A stretch of 10,112 nt of DNA, from IMG/VR virus record IMGVR_UViG_2630968808_000003, positions 1-10,112 of that record, one strand, 5' to 3'. This stretch comes from a virus (lineage: Duplodnaviria; Heunggongvirae; Uroviricota; Caudoviricetes). The translations under genes were made by a program, and so were the position numbers. Shown in pieces: positions 4,830 through 10,112 of the stretch. Within the stretch, counting starts at the first letter, position 1, and each line of letters begins with the position of its first letter. The notes beneath the pieces were generated by a model. That model was given only the letters and a program-made list of their open reading frames with translations, did no database searches and had not been told where the DNA came from.

Positions 4830-7028
4830 ATGGCAGAAAAAAAGATGACTGACTGGCATCGCAAGGTGCTGTGCAACTTTGATAATGCCTGGTCAGCAAC
4901 GCAGGATATGCGTGAGCAGATTATTGAGGCTCAACGTTTCGTCCGGGTATCCGGCGCACAGTGGGAAGGCAGCACAAACGCTGGTTACTCATTTGATGAA
5001 GGCAGGTTTGAGCATTACCCGCGCTTTGAACTGAATAAGATTGCCCGTGAATGTGATCGCATCATTGGCGAGTATCGACAGAATCGCATCAGCGTTAAAT
5101 TCAGGCCGAAGGATGACAAGGCATCGGAAGCGTTAGCCGAAAAGATGAACGGCAAATTCCGCGCTGACTATCAGGAAACATCAGGTGGCGAAGCGTGTGA
5201 TAACGCATTTGATGATGCTGTAACGGGCGGATTCGGTTGTTTCCGCATGTGTGCCGATTACGAAGATGAAATGGACCCAAGTAACGAGCAGCGACGCATC
5301 AGCCTTCTTCCTGTTTACGACCCAGCGACATGCGTCTTCTTCGATCAGGACAGCAAGCAATATGACCGCTCTGATGCTATGTGGGCTATGGAAATGTTCT
5401 CCATGACGCCTAAAGCGTTCGAGGCTGAATACCCTGATTCCATCGCGGCAAGCCTTTCTCGTGATGACACTGGCACTCAATATGACTGGTCAACGCCAGA
5501 TGCCATCTATGTTGGTCGCTACTACGAAGTTCGCATAGAGAAGGTGAAGCTCACGGCATGGCGCAACCCTGTTAGCGGAGAAACGGCAATCTATGATGAA
5601 GAGCAAATCAAAGATATTGTCGACGAGCTGACCGATGGCGCATTCGAACTGATTGGTGAGCGAACTGTGAAGAAACGCCGCGTTTATTGCGGCCTTCTGT
5701 CTGGCGCTGAATGGCTGGAAGAACCGAAGCGTATTCCGGGCGAACATATTCCACTCATCCCGGTATATGGGCGTCGCTCATTTGTTGATAATCAGGAGCG
5801 AATCGAAGGCCACGCAGCAAAAGCGATGGATGCACAGCGTCTTGAGAACCTGATGGTTTCCATGATTGCAGATAACGCTACTCAGGCTGGCGGTGATGGC
5901 ATTCCTGTAGTTGATGTTGACATGATTCCTGGTCCTCTCGCCAATCATTGGGCGGAGCGCAACAAAAAGCGCCCGGCGTTCCTGCCGATGGTCAGTCTGA
6001 AAAACAAAAACGGAGATATTACTGCGCAGGCTCAGGTCAGCAGTTATACGCCTCCGACACAAATGCCTCCAGCTCTTGCCGGGCTATTGCAGTACACCGG
6101 AACGGCTATTCAGCAAATTACAGGTGCGTCGCAGCTTGAGAATATGCCGAGCAACGTCGCTACCGATACCGTTGATAGCATCTTTAACCGGATGGACACG
6201 CAGTCCTATATCTACATGGACAACATGGCTAAATCCATGCGCCGCGCTGGCGTCGTGTGGCTTTCTATGGCTCGTGAAGTCTATGGCAGCGATACGCCAA
6301 TGCGCATCGTTAATGAGGACGGCAGCGATGACGTGGCGTTGATGACTGGTGAAGTGGTTGACCGTCAGACAGGGCAGGTTATCGCGCTTAACGACCTTTC
6401 GCAGGGTAACTATGAAGTGACTGTCGATGTCGGTCAGTCGTTCGCTACTCGCCGTGACGCAACGGTTAAGTCGTTACTTTCCATGCTGGCACTTATCCCA
6501 CCAGGAACGCCGAAGCACGACCTTGTATCGTCGATGATTCTCGACAATATGGACGGCGAAGGGATGGACGACCTTAAAGAATACAACCGCAATCAGTTGC
6601 TTCTGTCTGGAGTTATCAAGCCGAGAACACCAGAAGAACAGCAGATGGTTGAGCAGGCGAAACAACAACAGGCCAGTCAGCCAGATCCGGCTATGGTTGC
6701 AGCGCAAGGTCAGCTTCTTGCAGGTCAGGCTGAATTGCAGAAAGCGCAGAACGAACAGGCAGCCATTCAGGTTAAAGCATTCCAGGCACAGACTGATGCT
6801 CAGGTTGCAGCGGCAAACGTTGTGAAAATCCTCGCATCTGCCGATAGCCAGCAGAAATCTGATATCCGCGAGGCTCTGAAACTGCTCGGACAGTTCCAGC
6901 AACAGCAAGGAGACAATGCCCGTGCTGATGCAGAGCTTGTCCTGAAAAGTCAGGCACAGGGCCATGCGCAGCGCATGGACATCAGCAGCATCCTGCAAAA
7001 ATCAACTCAGCAACAACCACAGCAGTAA
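4830..7028 (+). CDS. Portal protein (732 aa), P22 gp1-like with C-terminal Gln/Ala-rich helical extension
   Basis: Starts 1 nt after the TerL stop. Size is close to P22 gp1 (about 725 aa). The last ~130 residues are Q/A/E-rich and lack helix breakers, consistent with the long C-terminal barrel helix of P22-type portals. Confidence 0.92.
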   Translation: MAEKKMTDWHRKVLCNFDNAWSATQDMREQIIEAQRFVRVSGAQWEGSTNAGYSFDEGRFEHYPRFELNKIARECDRIIGEYRQNRISVKFRPKDDKASEALAEKMNGKFRADYQETSGGEACDNAFDDAVTGGFGCFRMCADYEDEMDPSNEQRRISLLPVYDPATCVFFDQDSKQYDRSDAMWAMEMFSMTPKAFEAEYPDSIAASLSRDDTGTQYDWSTPDAIYVGRYYEVRIEKVKLTAWRNPVSGETAIYDEEQIKDIVDELTDGAFELIGERTVKKRRVYCGLLSGAEWLEEPKRIPGEHIPLIPVYGRRSFVDNQERIEGHAAKAMDAQRLENLMVSMIADNATQAGGDGIPVVDVDMIPGPLANHWAERNKKRPAFLPMVSLKNKNGDITAQAQVSSYTPPTQMPPALAGLLQYTGTAIQQITGASQLENMPSNVATDTVDSIFNRMDTQSYIYMDNMAKSMRRAGVVWLSMAREVYGSDTPMRIVNEDGSDDVALMTGEVVDRQTGQVIALNDLSQGNYEVTVDVGQSFATRRDATVKSLLSMLALIPPGTPKHDLVSSMILDNMDGEGMDDLKEYNRNQLLLSGVIKPRTPEEQQMVEQAKQQQASQPDPAMVAAQGQLLAGQAELQKAQNEQAAIQVKAFQAQTDAQVAAANVVKILASADSQQKSDIREALKLLGQFQQQQGDNARADAELVLKSQAQGHAQRMDISSILQKSTQQQPQQ

Positions 7029-7118
7029 TTAACCCATAACGTGCAATGGCTGTCTTTATGAGGCCTGGCACCTTATTGCCTTCCGATGGGCTGAACATCG
7101 AGTAAACAGGGGTAACAA

Positions 7119-8012
7119 ATGGACCAGATGGCAGAAAACACACCAGAAGTTGAAATCGAAACCGATACATCAGAGCAGATTCCTGATGATGTCGAACTGG
7201 CTGAAGAAGTTGAAACAGAAGATGGCAGTGAGTCCTCTGGCAATGATGCAGAGGAAGCTACTGAAACTGATGACGACGAATCAGAACAGGAATTCTACTT
7301 TGGTGACGAAAAGCTGGATTCGCCAACCAGCGAAGATAGCGCAGAGCATGGACTGGTAAAACACCTGCGCAAGACGATTAAAGAGAAAGACCGCGAGCTG
7401 AAAGAGCTGATGCGTCAGTCTCAGAAACCCGTCGAGCAGCAGCCGGTAATCACTCAACCACCGCGAATGCCAAAACTGGATGATGAGGACATCGGTTTCG
7501 ATGAAGAAATCTATCAGCAACGCATGGCTAAGTGGGCAGAGGATAACGGAAAGTACCAGCAACAGGAGATGGCTCGCAAGCAGAAGGAGCAGGAGCTTCA
7601 GGCTGCTTATCAAGAGCGATTATCCAAATATCAGCAACGTGTTAAGGCTCTCAAGGTTCCTGGCTATCAGGAAGCAGAACAGGCCGTACTCGAGGAAATC
7701 CCCATCGAGACACAAAACGCGATCCTGTTTGAGTCAGAGAAGCCGGAAATCGTTGTTCTGGCGCTTGGTCGCAACGCTGAACTGCGCAAGCAACTGGCAG
7801 AAGCTACCAACCCCGTAGCAATTGGTCGTCTGCTGGAACGTATCGAATCTAAGGCCAGAATCATGCCAAAAGCAAAAACCACGGCAGCCACAACCCCGAC
7901 AGTTAAGGGGAGCAACGGCGCAGTAATCAATAACCTCGACAAACTGAAAGCCAAGGCGCTGGAAACTGGTGACTGGACGCCGTATTTCGCCGCTAAAAAG
8001 GCAAAAAAATAA
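7119..8012 (+). CDS. Scaffolding protein (297 aa)
   Basis: Lies between portal and coat. Strongly acidic N-terminal ~70 residues, a long charged helical middle, and a basic C-terminal tail ending GDWTPYFAAKKAKK. Local pattern LFESEKPEIVVLALGRNAELRKQL resembles the P22 gp8 region LFPEKSAALMYHLGANPEKARQL (recollection). Ribosome-binding site AGGGG upstream. Confidence 0.85.
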   Translation: MDQMAENTPEVEIETDTSEQIPDDVELAEEVETEDGSESSGNDAEEATETDDDESEQEFYFGDEKLDSPTSEDSAEHGLVKHLRKTIKEKDRELKELMRQSQKPVEQQPVITQPPRMPKLDDEDIGFDEEIYQQRMAKWAEDNGKYQQQEMARKQKEQELQAAYQERLSKYQQRVKALKVPGYQEAEQAVLEEIPIETQNAILFESEKPEIVVLALGRNAELRKQLAEATNPVAIGRLLERIESKARIMPKAKTTAATTPTVKGSNGAVINNLDKLKAKALETGDWTPYFAAKKAKK

Positions 8013-8030
8013 CCTATCGGAGCATTAAGC

Positions 8031-9284
8031 ATGGCTAACCAATTAGCAAAAGACCTTGAAATCATGTTCGAAAACTACGTTGAAGGCTTTGAGGCCGCCT
8101 GCGTAGTTTCCCGTAACGCTAAAAAATTCCGTCCCGGTGATACAGCAATGCAGCGAGCAGGTGATGTTCTGTATCGTCCGCAGCATTACCACATGAACAT
8201 TGAGGAAGGCCTCGACCTCAGCAGCAAAACGCCAACAGCACTGGTTCAGCGCCTTGTTCCTTCTGTGTTCAAGGAGCCTAAAAACATTCTGTACACTCTG
8301 GATGCGCGTGAAATGCGTGACTCGGAACATAAAACTGAAGCTGGTCGCGCCGCAGGTATGCGCCTTGCTGCACAGATTGACTCTGACCTGATTTCCATGG
8401 TCACGCAGCGTGCTACTAACGTGATCACGATGGCTGACTCAACCACAGGTTCACAGGGCCGTGATTTGTGGAACTGTGCGGCAGGTATTGATGCCACCAT
8501 GACGGCGATTGGTGTACCGCAGGGTATCAACCGTCGCTCTTTCTGGAACCCCTTCAACTACAAAGACCTTGCTGGCGAGCTTGGTCACCGTGCCTACGCT
8601 CAGGGCGCAACCCTGACAGCATACGAAAAAGCGCAGATCCCTCCGGTTGCTTCCTTTGATAGCTACAAGACCGATATTTCTGGTCGATTACCGAAAGGAA
8701 GCGCTGAATCCTTGACAGTATCAGGCCAACCTGAACACAAGGTTGAAGCGAAAGATTCAAATGGTATGCCAGTTGATAACCGACAGGGGACTATTACGGT
8801 ATCTGCATCTGGCTTGCAGGTTGGTGATGCGTTCACCATTGCCGGTGTGAATTCTGTACACCAGATCACCAAAGACACCACCGGGCAGCCGCAGGTATTC
8901 CGCGTTCTGGCAGTAAGCGGAACGACAGTGACTATCTCCCCGAAAATTCTGCCGCCTGACAACGCAGATGTCGCCAGCCGTCCATATGCAAACGTTGATG
9001 CTAACGCGGCAAATGGTGCAGCAATCACCATTCTCAATAAAAATGCCGCACCGGCTAACCTGTTCTGGGCTGATGGTTCTGTTGAGCTGATGTACGGCAA
9101 ACTGGCGTTCCCGACTGGTCAGGGTCCACAGGTAATGACAGCAACCACCGAGCAGGGCGCTACGCTGATCATGTCTTACGCCTTCGACCACATCAAAGGT
9201 GTAACCACTGCTCGTTTCACCACTCTGTACGGTTGCTCTGTACTTGTTCCTGAATATACGGGCATCGTTATTGCCGGGCAGTAA
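8031..9284 (+). CDS. Major capsid (coat) protein (417 aa), P22 gp5-like
   Basis: Directly follows the scaffold gene with a GGAG ribosome-binding site and is followed by a strong terminator. Size is near P22 coat (430 aa). C-terminal motifs RPYANVD and NLFWADGS parallel the recalled P22 gp5 motifs AYANVN and NVFWADDA. Confidence 0.9.
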   Translation: MANQLAKDLEIMFENYVEGFEAACVVSRNAKKFRPGDTAMQRAGDVLYRPQHYHMNIEEGLDLSSKTPTALVQRLVPSVFKEPKNILYTLDAREMRDSEHKTEAGRAAGMRLAAQIDSDLISMVTQRATNVITMADSTTGSQGRDLWNCAAGIDATMTAIGVPQGINRRSFWNPFNYKDLAGELGHRAYAQGATLTAYEKAQIPPVASFDSYKTDISGRLPKGSAESLTVSGQPEHKVEAKDSNGMPVDNRQGTITVSASGLQVGDAFTIAGVNSVHQITKDTTGQPQVFRVLAVSGTTVTISPKILPPDNADVASRPYANVDANAANGAAITILNKNAAPANLFWADGSVELMYGKLAFPTGQGPQVMTATTEQGATLIMSYAFDHIKGVTTARFTTLYGCSVLVPEYTGIVIAGQ

Positions 9285-9290
9285 TTTTGG

Positions 9291-9314
9291 TGGGGCTTCG
9301 GCCCCATTTTTATT
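9291..9314 (+). terminator. Rho-independent terminator or attenuator after the coat gene
   Basis: TGGGGC (9291-9296) pairs with GCCCCA (9301-9306) around a TTCG tetraloop, followed by TTTTTATT (9307-9314). The operon continues on the same strand, so this is most likely a partial terminator. Confidence 0.7.
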
Positions 9315-9325
9315 GGGAGAAGACA

Positions 9326-9514
9326 ATGGCACGAACAATGCTCTATAAGCCTGGCAACATGATCACCTGTGGTCAGTTTGCTGTCGATTACATCATTGTT
9401 GATGACGAAGAAGTTAAATCTCACCTGAAAAAAGGTTGGGTAAAAACTCCTGAAGAAACCGCAACGAAGCAAAAAGTGGCTAAGGCGGAAGAAGATGGCG
9501 AAAACGAAGGGTGA
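9326..9514 (+). CDS. Hypothetical small protein (62 aa) between coat and gp4-like gene
   Basis: Ribosome-binding site GGGAGAAG about 6 nt before ATG 9326 (the supplied ORF starts earlier at 9287, inside the terminator). The 3' end overlaps the next gene by 20 nt. Acidic C-terminus. A small ORF is found at this position in P22-like phages (recollection). Confidence 0.55.
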   Translation: MARTMLYKPGNMITCGQFAVDYIIVDDEEVKSHLKKGWVKTPEETATKQKVAKAEEDGENEG

Positions 9515-9956
9515 TCTCGTTCTAAAGGCTTTACGAAAAGCCGGGCTGTATTCCAATGCCACGTTGACAGATGCTGACCCTCAGGCAATTGAAGATGCCA
9601 TTAATGACCTCGAAGACATGATGGCAGCATGGCAGGCGAAAGGTATCGAGCTTGGGTATCAGTTTGCTGATACAGAAAACGGCATCATGCCGTTACCTGA
9701 CGATGATTCAGGCATCCCTGCATGGGCAAATGATGGCGTCGCTTTGAAACTCGCTGTGCAAGTGTGCATGGATAACGTCATTCAGCCGTCAGACGCTCTC
9801 CTTACCGCTGCTGACAGTGCATATCAAACAATCTGTATCGCTTTAACCAAAATACCACCACTTGAGCGGCGAAATGACATGCCTCGCGGTAGTGGTAACA
9901 AAAGCGCGTTTACGTGGAATCGGTTTTACATCGAGAAAGATGATCCGAGTACGTGA
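9495..9956 (+). CDS. Head-to-tail adaptor / head completion protein, P22 gp4-like (153 aa)
   Basis: Position after the coat gene and before a gp10-like gene. N-terminal pattern KTKGDLVLKALRKAGL...ATLTD...PQ...DA..DLEDMMAAW resembles my recollection of the P22 gp4 N-terminus (unverified). Confidence 0.7.
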   Translation: MAKTKGDLVLKALRKAGLYSNATLTDADPQAIEDAINDLEDMMAAWQAKGIELGYQFADTENGIMPLPDDDSGIPAWANDGVALKLAVQVCMDNVIQPSDALLTAADSAYQTICIALTKIPPLERRNDMPRGSGNKSAFTWNRFYIEKDDPST

Positions 9957-9965
9957 GGTGAATAA

Positions 9966-10112
9966 ATGCCGATTCAGCAACTTCCGCTCATGAAAGGCGT
10001 CGGCAAAGACTTCCGAAACGCCGACTATATCGACTATCTGCCAGTGAATATGCTGGCTACACCCAAAGAAATCCTGAACAGCAGCGGATATCTTCGCTCA
10101 TTCCCGGGCATT
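9966..10112 (+). CDS. Tail accessory / head completion protein, P22 gp10-like; 5' partial, continues beyond the window
   Basis: Strong ribosome-binding site GAGGTG 6 nt upstream of ATG 9966; the frame is open to the window end (49 codons). The N-terminus MPIQQLPLMKGVGKDF matches the recalled start of P22 gp10 (unverified), and synteny agrees. Confidence 0.7.
   Translation, partial: MPIQQLPLMKGVGKDFRNADYIDYLPVNMLATPKEILNSSGYLRSFPGI

Larger units (their letters stand above)
1..10112 (+). mobile_element. Late region (lysis plus head morphogenesis) of a P22-like lambdoid prophage or phage genome
   Basis: Co-linear + strand order holin, endolysin, Rz/Rz1, Rha, small ORF, TerS, TerL, portal, scaffold, coat, small ORF, gp4-like, gp10-like, matching the P22 late operon layout (13-19-15 ... 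3-2-1-8-5-4-10). Junctions are tight or overlapping (ATGA overlaps at 1126 and 3413), typical of phage operons. Whether it is an integrated prophage or a free phage cannot be told from the window. Confidence 0.85.

Noticed and set aside
6474-6998. Minus-strand 174-aa Cys/Leu-rich ORF antisense to the portal C-terminus
   Set aside because: Explained by the codon-biased Q/A/E-rich portal sequence on the + strand; low-complexity antisense artefact.
7058-7105. 15-codon ORF (MRPGTLLPSDGLNIE) in the portal-scaffold intergenic region
   Set aside because: No ribosome-binding site and too short; the 90-nt spacer more plausibly just carries the scaffold translation-initiation region.
7150-7818. Alternative-frame ORFs within the scaffold gene (7150-7359 and 7480-7818 on +, 7281-7613 and 7667-8065 on -)
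   Set aside because: Overlap a syntenic, well-supported scaffold gene; the compositions are artefacts of the charged, repetitive scaffold coding sequence.
8757-9338. Minus-strand 193-aa ORF antisense to the coat gene, plus other antisense ORFs at 8043-8330, 8246-8557, 8554-8760, 8663-9100 and 9176-9562
   Set aside because: All overlap the well-supported coat and gp4-like genes on the opposite strand, lack ribosome-binding sites and domains; chance ORFs.
1-10112. CRISPR array, integrase or attachment site, transposase or insertion sequence, toxin-antitoxin pair, restriction-modification or other defence system
   Set aside because: I found no repeat-spacer periodicity, no recombinase-like ORF, no terminal inverted repeats, and no ORF pair with toxin/antitoxin characteristics. 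The tRNA-like element at 78-207 is not adjacent to an integrase, so an attachment-site interpretation is not supported.

Overview
This window reads as the late region of a P22-like (lambdoid, short-tailed) prophage from an enterobacterial host, with every gene on the + strand. The order is: leader region (1-450), lysis cassette (holin, SAR-type endolysin, Rz with embedded Rz1), a terminator-bounded Rha-family gene, a ~300 bp low-coding island, then the morphogenesis block (80-aa ORF, terminase small and large subunits, portal, scaffold, coat, small ORF, gp4-like adaptor, start of gp10-like protein). No CRISPR array, rRNA, integrase, transposase or recognisable defence or anti-defence system was found; the claim of a novel system is not supported by anything I can see. 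The most unusual element is a ~130 nt tRNA-like sequence at 78-207 with a canonical T-arm but about 55 nt too much between the D- and T-arms. The other loci worth follow-up are the Rha module and the adjacent low-coding island containing a TGA-interrupted ORF. All calls rest on reading the sequence, the supplied ORF track, motifs, gene order and recollection of phage protein families; no database search or RNA folding was run, and any stated resemblance to a named protein is unverified.
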